Shown in pieces: positions 1-7,745 of a DNA stretch of 64,000 nucleotides. This DNA comes from an uncultured Selenomonadaceae bacterium (GTDB lineage Bacteria; Bacillota; Negativicutes; Selenomonadales; Selenomonadaceae), in contig CAJOHG010000013.1 of NCBI GenBank assembly GCA_905234395.1, positions 5,253-69,252 of the forward strand, given 5' to 3'. The notes beneath the pieces are model-generated. The model was not told the origin of the DNA and ran no database searches. It saw only the letters and a list, made by a program, of their open reading frames with translations. The translations under genes were made by a program, and so were the position numbers. Positions within the stretch are counted from its first letter, which is position 1, and each line of letters opens with the position of its first letter.

Positions 1-714
1 GCGATTGAACGGCGGCCACGGAAAATTATTGTAAACGACATCAGCTGAATAACGATAATCATCCCGAATTCGCCCGCAAACTGCACGCATCCACGTCATA
101 TGCGGAAAGCTCGTTAAAACTCCGAAGTGCCACAACTTTGCGCCGGGTATCATCAAATTTGCGTCGCCGCAGATAATTTCGCTCGAAACATAATCCATTG
201 GCACATAGAAACGATTTTTCGAGGAGTGTCGCGGCACCAAAAGATAATCCGTTGTCGGCTGTCGACGTTCGGCAAAAAGCCACGGCGTTTCCGCTCTTTT
301 ACGAGTAAGTGCCTTCTTACTTGACAATCGAAAATCTCTGACGGCTTGCACGCGTTGATAAACCGGCGGCATTTTGCGCAATTCATTTGGCGGACAATCT
401 TCGAGCCATAAGCAATAGCGCAGAATATTTTGAATAAATTCCCGCGAGCCGACAAATTTGCGAATCCATTTCTGCGCGGCAGGATTTTCAGCAACGAGTT
501 CATCACGCTCATCGGACGTCAAAAGTAAATTGCCGCCGTCAACAGGCATACTGCCTAAAGTCATATCGGGCACGGTGTAGAAAGGCTCGTTGAAGTCTCG
601 CAGATAAGTTTTCTTGCCGGTGCGTGCGAAGTAGCAAGGAAAGTCGTTGCAATAAAAATCCTTTACCTCAACTTCGATATAACCGTTGCCGCTCGTGTCG
701 AAAAGTTTAACCAT
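1..714 (-). CDS. Stand-alone MmeI-family (type IIL/IIG R-M) target-recognition plus C-terminal region; the 3' end runs off the left edge
   Basis: My own translation from ATG 714..712 has no stop through position 1, checked triplet by triplet. It is missing from the ORF track because there is no stop in the window. MVKLFDTSGNGY...GSMPVDGGNLLLTSDERDEL...RYCLWLEDCPPNELRKMP...HFGVLTSFPHMTWMRAVCGRIRDDYRYSADVVYNNFPW is collinear with GNKPSDGGNLILSPAERKEIL...RYCLWLVNATPKELRKS...HFGILTSSIHMAWMRTVCGYLGTSYRYSSNVVYNNFPW of the ORF at 38184..40298. The start overlaps the upstream stop (ATGGTTAA). Confidence 0.75.
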   Translation of the reverse strand, partial: MVKLFDTSGNGYIEVEVKDFYCNDFPCYFARTGKKTYLRDFNEPFYTVPDMTLGSMPVDGGNLLLTSDERDELVAENPAAQKWIRKFVGSREFIQNILRYCLWLEDCPPNELRKMPPVYQRVQAVRDFRLSSKKALTRKRAETPWLFAERRQPTTDYLLVPRHSSKNRFYVPMDYVSSEIICGDANLMIPGAKLWHFGVLTSFPHMTWMRAVCGRIRDDYRYSADVVYNNFPWPPFNR

Positions 715-1423
715 TGTCGCTCTCCAAGCAGTCGGAAAGTTTTGCCGCGAGTTTGTCGAACAGAGAAATATATTTCTGCGCGACGTGCCGATAAATTTCC
801 GCAGCAGTCTCCGCGTCGTAGGTGTGGCTTGAAAGGTTGCGTTTCTCCAGCATATCTAACCACGTTGCGGCGTCGTCAATCAGCTCCGTTTGAAAAGCTT
901 GACGGATTGCAGAACGCGGGCTGTTGACTTCGAGACCTTCATATTCCAGAAAGGCGCGCATAAGTTTCCACGACAACTCAAAGCAAAATTCAAAACGTTT
1001 AATCGTCGCGTCAAGGTAAAGTTCGTCCGCCGCGATGTCTTTTTCCAATGCCGCATGAAGTTTTGCCAGAGCGTGTGAAAAATCTTCGTGCTTGAGTTTG
1101 ACACGTTCGAGCGTCATTAAAATTTTACCTCCGTCCGCCGCGAATAAAAGTTTGCCGTCGCGTTCGATGTTGAGCAAAAGTTTTTCGCCCGCCGTCTGCA
1201 AATTTACAATGTCAATCGCGTAAGGAAAGGTGCCGCCTTCCAAAGCCGCCGCCAGTTGTGAATGAATCGGTTGCGAAAATTTTATCGCCAAGTCCACATC
1301 GGAATTTTTTCTGTAGTCGCCGCGTGCCCGTGAGCCGAACAATTTCACTTGCGACAAGCCGTCTTTGTGCGCGAAAAAAATTTTCAGCAGAGCTTTTAAT
1401 TGGTCGCTCGATAAACCGTACAT
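707..1423 (-). CDS. Fused minimal nucleotidyltransferase (MNT) - HEPN (HI0074/HepT-like) protein
   Basis: 238 aa. N-terminal LFGSRARG...SDVDLA matches the Pol-beta NTase GS/DxD motifs. C-terminal FEFCFELSWKLM...EKRNLSSHTYD matches a HEPN domain with Rx4H. A TAATG overlap links it to the Hsp70-like gene. Confidence 0.85.
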   Translation of the reverse strand: MYGLSSDQLKALLKIFFAHKDGLSQVKLFGSRARGDYRKNSDVDLAIKFSQPIHSQLAAALEGGTFPYAIDIVNLQTAGEKLLLNIERDGKLLFAADGGKILMTLERVKLKHEDFSHALAKLHAALEKDIAADELYLDATIKRFEFCFELSWKLMRAFLEYEGLEVNSPRSAIRQAFQTELIDDAATWLDMLEKRNLSSHTYDAETAAEIYRHVAQKYISLFDKLAAKLSDCLESDNG

Positions 1424-3042
1424 TAGTCGGCGGAAATGCGGAGCTGATGAACTGCACTGCGCTCAACGTCAATATCGGATTCGGTGCGCAGGAAAGTTTC
1501 AAAAGTCTCATCGGTCTTCGTGTTGACTGCTTCGACATGCACGCCGGACGCGTCAACTTTGAACGTGACTTTAATCGGAGTGTCGCGGCTTGTATTCGGC
1601 GGCAGATTAACGACGAGTTCGCCCAAAAGTTTGACGTTGTGCGCAGGATCGGTAGCTTGCGGGTTGCCGTCCTCGTCGACGCAGGGAATTAACGTGTCGA
1701 ATGCACGGAGCAAAACGCGTTCCTGATTGTCTTCAAGCGGATAGTAAGTCTTGGAAAAAATCGCGGGCATTTTCTCGCCAATCTTGATGAAATTTTCCAA
1801 AACGTATTTATGCTTTGCTCCCGTTGTATCGACGACACCGGGACCGAATGAGCGCGGCGTTTGATCCTCGACTGTGAATTTGCTCGTGAGCTGTTCGGCG
1901 TGCGGAATAGTTTTGCCGGAGCCGTCGGAATTTTCAGTGCCGTCCGCAGAAAGTGAATCGACTTCTTCAACCAACATGCTCGCATAAATCGCCGCACCTT
2001 TCGCGACAGCTTGATCGGGATCGTGTTGCTGAACTTTGCCGGGAAATTTCGCTTCAACCGCGTTGATAATCATCGGCATATACGTTGAGCCGCCGACTAA
2101 CAGCACAGTATCAATCGCTTCGGCGGGAACTTTTTCCAACGTGGCGTCGACAAAATTCATCGTCTTTGCGACAATGTCGGAAGTCATTTGCTCAAAGTCC
2201 GAACGTTTGATTGTAATTTCGGTGCGCGAGCCGTTCACGTCAATGCGAACTTTGGCGGATTGTTTCTTGCTGAGTTTACGTTTAGCCTCCTCGACTTTGG
2301 AGCGAATGTCCTGCCGAGTTTCAGCTTCGACTTCTTCGGGCGTCAAGCCGTTTTCGTCGCAGCAGGCGTGCAAAATGTGGTTGTAAAGTCTGTCGTCCCA
2401 ATCTTTGCCGCCGAGTCTGTCATCGCCGCCGGTAGCAAGCACCGTGATTTTCTGAACGTCGCGTCCCGAATCGTTTTGCGCCATTGACATTTTGACAACG
2501 GTCACGTCGAATGTGCCGCCGCCGAGGTCGTAAACGAGAATCGTCCTGTCTTCCTGGAATTGACGTGCGCAATAACTCAACGCCGCCGCAGTCGGTTCGT
2601 TAATCAAGCTCAAGACGTTTAGCCCGGCAAGTTCGCCTGCCTGTTTGGTCGCGGAACGTTCTTCAAGTCCGAAGTAAGCGGGAACGGTGATGACCACGTC
2701 TTGAATGGTGCCGCCTTGATCTTCGACGAGATTTTTCAGCCGCGTCAAAATCAGTGCGCTAATCTCAACGGGCGTATAAGTTTTGCCGTCGAATTCGTAG
2801 GTGCGAGTGTCGCGTTTGCCGATTTCGCGTTTGACGAATTGCACGACGCGTTCGCCGTCCGTCTCAACGTTTTCTTTAGCCGCCTGTCCGACGACGACAT
2901 TATTTTCATTCTCAAAAAAAACTACGCTTGCCACGGTGTTCGAGTCGTCTTCGTTGTTGCGAATGACTTCGGGATTGCCGTTCGAGTCCAAGCGCGCAAT
3001 GCAAGAGTAAGTTGTTCCCAAATCTATGCCGTAAGTGCTCAT
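1423..3042 (-). CDS. Non-canonical Hsp70-family ATPase lacking the helical lid
   Basis: 539 aa. IDLGTTYSCIA, VITVPAYF, NEPTAAAL, DLGGGTFDV and LVGGSTYMP are Hsp70 NBD motifs. A beta-sandwich SBD follows (PIKVTFKVDASGVHVEAV), and the ORF ends about where the DnaK lid would begin. An RBS GAAGGAGA precedes the ATG. Confidence 0.85.
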   Translation of the reverse strand: MSTYGIDLGTTYSCIARLDSNGNPEVIRNNEDDSNTVASVVFFENENNVVVGQAAKENVETDGERVVQFVKREIGKRDTRTYEFDGKTYTPVEISALILTRLKNLVEDQGGTIQDVVITVPAYFGLEERSATKQAGELAGLNVLSLINEPTAAALSYCARQFQEDRTILVYDLGGGTFDVTVVKMSMAQNDSGRDVQKITVLATGGDDRLGGKDWDDRLYNHILHACCDENGLTPEEVEAETRQDIRSKVEEAKRKLSKKQSAKVRIDVNGSRTEITIKRSDFEQMTSDIVAKTMNFVDATLEKVPAEAIDTVLLVGGSTYMPMIINAVEAKFPGKVQQHDPDQAVAKGAAIYASMLVEEVDSLSADGTENSDGSGKTIPHAEQLTSKFTVEDQTPRSFGPGVVDTTGAKHKYVLENFIKIGEKMPAIFSKTYYPLEDNQERVLLRAFDTLIPCVDEDGNPQATDPAHNVKLLGELVVNLPPNTSRDTPIKVTFKVDASGVHVEAVNTKTDETFETFLRTESDIDVERSAVHQLRISAD

Positions 3043-3285
3043 GTGATTGTTGTCTCCTTCGATTGATTTTTTAGGATCTACTTTTTTTTTGCTGATGAAC
3101 TTCCTTTCTTTGCTTGCCCAAAGAAAGGAAGCGAAAGAAAGGGCACCTCGCAGGGGCGTTCAGTCGTTCGTTGACGCAACGTTAAAACTTTCATCAGCCG
3201 TTAGTGTCGGCAAACTTCGCGTCACGCTCAGTGTGCCGACGACCGCGCGTCCATGCGCGGTCTTTGTTACGTCAATTTGAATATT

Positions 3286-3864
3286 TTATTCCGTGCGAAC
3301 CGATTCAGATTTTCTGACGGTTGTAATTGCCGAGGCGTCGTAAACATAAACGTCAACGAATTCGCGATAGAGCGGGCGACCATTTCTCATGACGCCGGGA
3401 CGACGACTGCGGGCAATGGTGTTGTGCAAATTTTTATCGGCAGTCTTAACGGTGTCGACGATTTTTGTCAGCAGCGGACGACGTTGCTCGCCGACCCGTG
3501 ACGTGAAAATTTCTGCATCGTATTCCGCCAAAATATCTTCCAGCTCGTCGAACATCAAATTGAGTGTCCGACGCATTCGCCGCGAAATTGATTCGTCCGC
3601 CAAAAGTTTTCTATACTCCACGCACACTGTCGCGACTGATTTCAATATCGGCGTGAATTCTTCGCCGCGCTGCTGCTCACGAAAGGCATCCAGTTCTTTC
3701 TGCATTCCGATTCGCACTTGGTTTTGAAAGTTCACGTTCTCGCGCAGTACTTGAGTCAGTTGCCGCGAATTTTTTTCTTGCAAGTCCAAAATTTTTTCTA
3801 CTGTCGCCGCGAATTGATTTTGCTCCGAAATTTCTTCCGCGACGATTTCCGATTGCGTCTCCAA
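3286..3864 (-). CDS. Divergent GrpE-like nucleotide-exchange factor
   Basis: 192 aa with a TTG start after AAAGGAGG. A coiled-coil N-terminal half is followed by a C-terminal AEIFTSRVGEQRRPLLTKIV...RPGVMRNGRPLYREFVDVYVY. This follows the GrpE pattern G.E.I...G..FDP..H.A...GY...gR.lRpA.V.V. Confidence 0.55.
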   Translation of the reverse strand: METQSEIVAEEISEQNQFAATVEKILDLQEKNSRQLTQVLRENVNFQNQVRIGMQKELDAFREQQRGEEFTPILKSVATVCVEYRKLLADESISRRMRRTLNLMFDELEDILAEYDAEIFTSRVGEQRRPLLTKIVDTVKTADKNLHNTIARSRRPGVMRNGRPLYREFVDVYVYDASAITTVRKSESVRTE

Positions 3865-3993
3865 TTTACCGACCTCCTTTCATCGGCAAGATATTATCAG
3901 AAATTCTTCAGATAAACAAGACGCAAGCCTCAACTTCTACGCAAAAAAGCGCAACCCTTCAAAGAGTCACGCTTTTAATTTTACGGTCAATGA

Positions 3994-4695
3994 TTAGCGG
4001 GCAGAAAATTTTTTCCACGCCGCGACGAGTTCACGAGCCGCAAGCTTTGGATTGTCTGCACCGGCTACAGCTGACACGACGAAAAATCCTTGAACTTTTG
4101 TGGCGGCAAGATCGGGAATGTCCGCGAGTTTGACGCCGCCGCCGACAACTACGGGTATCGGGCTAATTTTGGCGAGTTCGGCAAATTCGTCAAAGTCGTG
4201 CGTGATAATTCGTCCGTCCGCAGTTTTGCCGCAATCGGGCTTCGTCAAAGTTTTATGCAACGGCCCGGCACCGAAATAATCAATCTGCGAAACGTCCGCG
4301 CCTTTAACGTAGTCGATAAGCTCTTCCGTCCGCGCACTAAGTCCGACGATTGAATCTTCGCCCAAAAATTTTCGGCACACGTCAACGGGAATGTCGCTCT
4401 GTCCGACGTGAATGCCGTCAACTTTAATGCCGACTTCTCGCGCCGCCAATACAACGTCAAGCCTGTCGTCGACAAGTAGCGCAACCGAATCACTTTTGCC
4501 GAGTTCACGAATCGCCCGCGCAGATTTTTCCAACGTCGCAATTAATTCACGGGCAGTGGCGACTTTCGAGCGAATTTGCACGCAAGTAAAGCCTTCACTG
4601 ACCGCCGCCGCAACGACTTCCTCAACGGGACGCGACGTGTTCTCTTGACCGATAACCAGATACGCGGAAATGTCCAAACGTTCACGAATGCTCAT
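3994..4695 (-). CDS. thiE: Thiamine-phosphate synthase
   Basis: 233 aa. Contains CVQIRSK, GIHVGQSD and VVVGGGV, a TMP-synthase TIM-barrel pattern. It sits in an operon with thiM. Confidence 0.9.
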   Translation of the reverse strand: MSIRERLDISAYLVIGQENTSRPVEEVVAAAVSEGFTCVQIRSKVATARELIATLEKSARAIRELGKSDSVALLVDDRLDVVLAAREVGIKVDGIHVGQSDIPVDVCRKFLGEDSIVGLSARTEELIDYVKGADVSQIDYFGAGPLHKTLTKPDCGKTADGRIITHDFDEFAELAKISPIPVVVGGGVKLADIPDLAATKVQGFFVVSAVAGADNPKLAARELVAAWKKFSAR

Positions 4696-5057
4696 CGCAC
4701 GACCTCCAAACGTCTTGCTTTTGCTTTGGTGACAAGGTGCGGAGTTTCTTCAGCGTCGAGTGCTTGAGCGAGCCGAGCCAATTTTCCGTCCATCATGCCG
4801 ACAAATCCGGGGCGAATGTCCGCTTTCAAAACGACTTCCGTGCGAATTCCCTTTTCCGCCAAAACAAACGTCGCGCGCTTGACGACCGCCATAACTTCAT
4901 CCCAATCGCCTTCAATCTCAGTGAACATCGAGTAAGTTCTGTTCGGCAAGCCCGATTCGCGAATGACTTTGACGACCTCGGCAACGTCACTGCTAAGTTC
5001 GGAGCCGACACCGACGGGCGAAATTGCCACTGCAACCAACGTATTCAAATCAATCAC
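4692..5057 (-). CDS. MTH1187/YkoF-family thiamine-binding protein (DUF77)
   Basis: 121 aa. VAVAISPVGVG...VAEVVKVIRESGL...TEIEGDWDEVMAVVK matches the family pattern. It overlaps thiM and thiE by 4 nt each. Confidence 0.7.
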   Translation of the reverse strand: MIDLNTLVAVAISPVGVGSELSSDVAEVVKVIRESGLPNRTYSMFTEIEGDWDEVMAVVKRATFVLAEKGIRTEVVLKADIRPGFVGMMDGKLARLAQALDAEETPHLVTKAKARRLEVVR

Positions 5058-5941
5058 CCCAAAATATTTTTGAGTTCTTGAGACTGCAACGCGAATTCAA
5101 AAATTTCGCCCATTGAACCGACGACACGGAAATTATCCGCGACTTCCTCGCCCGTCAATTCGTAAAGGTTATCCAGAAACGCAACTTTGAAACTCGCGGG
5201 AGCATTTGCTTGAGCCGCCGCTTTTGTGCCTGCCAAATTGAAAATTGTCGTGCCTGCCAATGCCGCAATGAAAGGCGTCGTGACTGCCAAATAAATCGCC
5301 ATGATGCCGCCGAGTGCACAACCGCTGCCCGTAATTTTTGTTGAGAGTATCGAGCCGCCCGCGCATTGAATCGACTCTTTGCCGTCGGTGACCAAATCTT
5401 CTTCGCCGGAAACCGCAACAGCTCCGCCGGTAAATTTTGCAATGGCAACGGCAGACGTTTTGGCAGCGGAAACTTTTTCGGTCGTGTCGACGCCGCGAAC
5501 TTGTCCGCCTTGCGATGCGTCAATCAGTCCCCAAAGTTTTGCGAGCGAAATTATTTCGGAAGCATTGCCGCGAACGATTGACGGTTTGTAAATTTTCAGC
5601 TGACTTAAAATCTGCGTGCGCAAGTCCGAAAGTCCGATGCCGACCGGATCGAGCACCCAAGGCTTTTGATTCGCGAAAAGTGCCCGCGCAGTTCTCGGCA
5701 AAGTCTCCGCGTAAAACGGCATTGCCGTGCCCATGTTGATGTAAAATGCCGGTGCGATTTTGGCGATTGATTCACACTCGTCCGCCAGATAGAGCATTGC
5801 CGCAGAGCCGCCGATTGCCAGTTGCGCGTTGGCGACAAAGTCTTGAGTGACGGTGTTTGTTATTGACGGTGCCAACGGATTTTTTTCGCGCACATCGTTG
5901 ACTGCCTTTGCCAATGCCGCACGAATTTGTTGTTCTCTCAT
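5054..5941 (-). CDS. thiM: Hydroxyethylthiazole kinase
   Basis: 295 aa. Contains SITNTVTQDFVANAQLAIGGSAAM, INMGT, VLDPVG and VRGNASEI. Confidence 0.9.
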   Translation of the reverse strand: MREQQIRAALAKAVNDVREKNPLAPSITNTVTQDFVANAQLAIGGSAAMLYLADECESIAKIAPAFYINMGTAMPFYAETLPRTARALFANQKPWVLDPVGIGLSDLRTQILSQLKIYKPSIVRGNASEIISLAKLWGLIDASQGGQVRGVDTTEKVSAAKTSAVAIAKFTGGAVAVSGEEDLVTDGKESIQCAGGSILSTKITGSGCALGGIMAIYLAVTTPFIAALAGTTIFNLAGTKAAAQANAPASFKVAFLDNLYELTGEEVADNFRVVGSMGEIFEFALQSQELKNILG

Positions 5942-6004
5942 AAATATCCTCCTTTATAACGCGAAAGGACGTTGCCGCACGCAACGCCCTTGTTATTTTC
6001 GTTA

Positions 6005-6079
6005 TGGTGACGCCTAAGGGATTCGAACCCTTGAACCCGCCGTGAGAGGGCGGTGTCTTAACCACTTGACGAAGGCGCC
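6005..6079 (-). tRNA. tRNA-Glu (anticodon CUC)
   Basis: The reverse complement is GGCGCCTTCGTCAAGTGGTTAAGACACCGCCCTCTCACGGCGGGTTCAAGGGTTCGAATCCCTTAGGCGTCACCA. It folds as a cloverleaf with anticodon loop CT-CTC-AC, T-loop GGTTCGAATCC and an encoded CCA. Confidence 0.9.
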
Positions 6080-6170
6080 GAATCACTGCGCCGAATCATA
6101 ACATGCACTAAACTTTTCGTCAAGCAAAACTTTTTTCGCGCACGGAATTGGACGGGCGTAGAAATGTCCT

Positions 6171-7745
6171 TCAAATATTTTTTGGCGCGACGTAAAACAT
6201 TTCGGGCGTAAAAAACATTTCTTCCGCGTGAAGCATTGCCTCCGTCAAGAAAATCAACTTCGCGTCGTCGGTGATTTTCTGATTGAATCTGATGTTGTTG
6301 TCCTGCAAAAATTTCCGCTTGAAAATTTTTGTGGCAAGAGGCGCAACATTATCTGATAAAATTTTTAGAATCGTCGGCTTGTCGAGTTCCGCGCGAAGAT
6401 TCTCTTTCAAGTCTCCAAAAGCCGCGTCAAATTCCACGAAAAATTTTCTGCCGTCAACGTCGATGTCACCGTCAGCGTCTTCGCGGAACCAAACGACAGA
6501 ATTGACGATGTTCAGCAAAGCGCGATTATTTATGGGATAAATTAAAGTCAAAGCGTTGTCCACGAGGCGATCCTTGCCGTTTAGGAACATTACAAAGTCA
6601 CCTTGCGCCAAATTTAAAGCCATGTTATAAGCGGCACCCGGCGTGATTTTTTCGTAGAGACCCATGAACGTGACCTTATCATTCGTTTTGGCGACCTGCC
6701 TGCAAATGTCGTCGCTGCCGTCGATCGAGGCGTTGTCGATAATGATGACTTCGTAATATTTGTAATCCTGCGACAAAACCGTGCTCAACGTCTCTTGAAT
6801 AGTTGCGGCGTCATCATCAACTGCGAGCAACAGCGAAAAGTACGGTTTTTGATCAATGTTCGGCTCCTTTGCGGCATCGATTGGAACATCGAGCCATGAA
6901 GCACCTTGCGGCAGAGCGATTTTATTTTCCGCCGCCATATCGAGAAATTGTTGAGCTGTTTCGGGCGGAGACGCCACGGAATGAAAAATTTTTTTGTCGG
7001 GATTTGCATTCAACGATGAGGCGCACATGCTGAATGTGCTGTGCGGAATTATATCGTGCTTGCAAAGGCTCATCAAAATGAATTCCTCGTCGTCCGTCGC
7101 ACAACCTTCGACAAATTCCACGGGAATATCCAAACGCAGATTCTTCTTGACCCAGCGTAAATTGTCCGAAAAGACAAACGCCGTCAAATTGCCGTAACAG
7201 TGTCTCAAAATCTTCAGACAGATGTAATAATATTCGAGCGGCGGAATGACAGACCAGGGATAGGCAGCGCGGTTATTAAAATATTCGGGAATATAAGCAT
7301 AATCACCGTGACGGAAATGCAAACATACAGAACATTCGGCGGCAAGAATTTTTTCTTTCCAACGTTGAGCCGTCGCGCTCAAAGGATTCTTCAACGTGAA
7401 TTCTTTGCGAATGATGTCGATAATATCGACAAAGCAACATTCGTCGTGCATCCAATTCCCTTGAATGTAGATATCGCGCTGAAAGTTTTCAAGATTCGGC
7501 AACGGCGGCGGAATTATCCCGTTTGCTTTGACGCGGGCAATTTCTTCGGGCGCAGCGATATTTTCTTGAATGTTGAAAGCACCCAATCTGTATCGTCCAA
7601 TCCATTCATCACCGGGTCTGACAGAATCACTGAAATAGCTCAAATCCAATTTGAGTTCCGTGTTCAGTTTGTGCGCAAGACACCTTGCAAGAGCGTACTG
7701 ATAAAATTGGTTGCCAAGTCCTGCTCGAATTTCAACGATAACCAC
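6171..7745 (-). CDS. Bifunctional glycosyltransferase: GT11 alpha-1,2-fucosyltransferase domain fused to a GT2 domain
   Basis: 524 aa. The N-terminus has GLGNQFYQYALARCLA and HFRHGDY, which are GT11 motifs. The C-terminus has FSLLLAVDDDAATIQETLSTVLSQDYKYYEVIIIDNASIDGS, a GT2 pattern. Confidence 0.8.
   Translation of the reverse strand: MVIVEIRAGLGNQFYQYALARCLAHKLNTELKLDLSYFSDSVRPGDEWIGRYRLGAFNIQENIAAPEEIARVKANGIIPPPLPNLENFQRDIYIQGNWMHDECCFVDIIDIIRKEFTLKNPLSATAQRWKEKILAAECSVCLHFRHGDYAYIPEYFNNRAAYPWSVIPPLEYYYICLKILRHCYGNLTAFVFSDNLRWVKKNLRLDIPVEFVEGCATDDEEFILMSLCKHDIIPHSTFSMCASSLNANPDKKIFHSVASPPETAQQFLDMAAENKIALPQGASWLDVPIDAAKEPNIDQKPYFSLLLAVDDDAATIQETLSTVLSQDYKYYEVIIIDNASIDGSDDICRQVAKTNDKVTFMGLYEKITPGAAYNMALNLAQGDFVMFLNGKDRLVDNALTLIYPINNRALLNIVNSVVWFREDADGDIDVDGRKFFVEFDAAFGDLKENLRAELDKPTILKILSDNVAPLATKIFKRKFLQDNNIRFNQKITDDAKLIFLTEAMLHAEEMFFTPEMFYVAPKNI

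Noticed and set aside
3043-3993. A CIRCE/HrcA operator upstream of the GrpE-like or Hsp70-like genes.
   Set aside because: No TTAGCACTC-N9-GAGTGCTAA-like inverted repeat occurs in either upstream region.
5942-6004. An expected TPP riboswitch upstream of thiM-ykoF-thiE.
   Set aside because: Only about 60 nt separate thiM from tRNA-Glu. They contain a simple hairpin (AAGGGCGTTGC...GCAACGTCCTT), with no CUGAGA or ACCUGAUCUGGAUAAUGCCAGCG-type TPP core.
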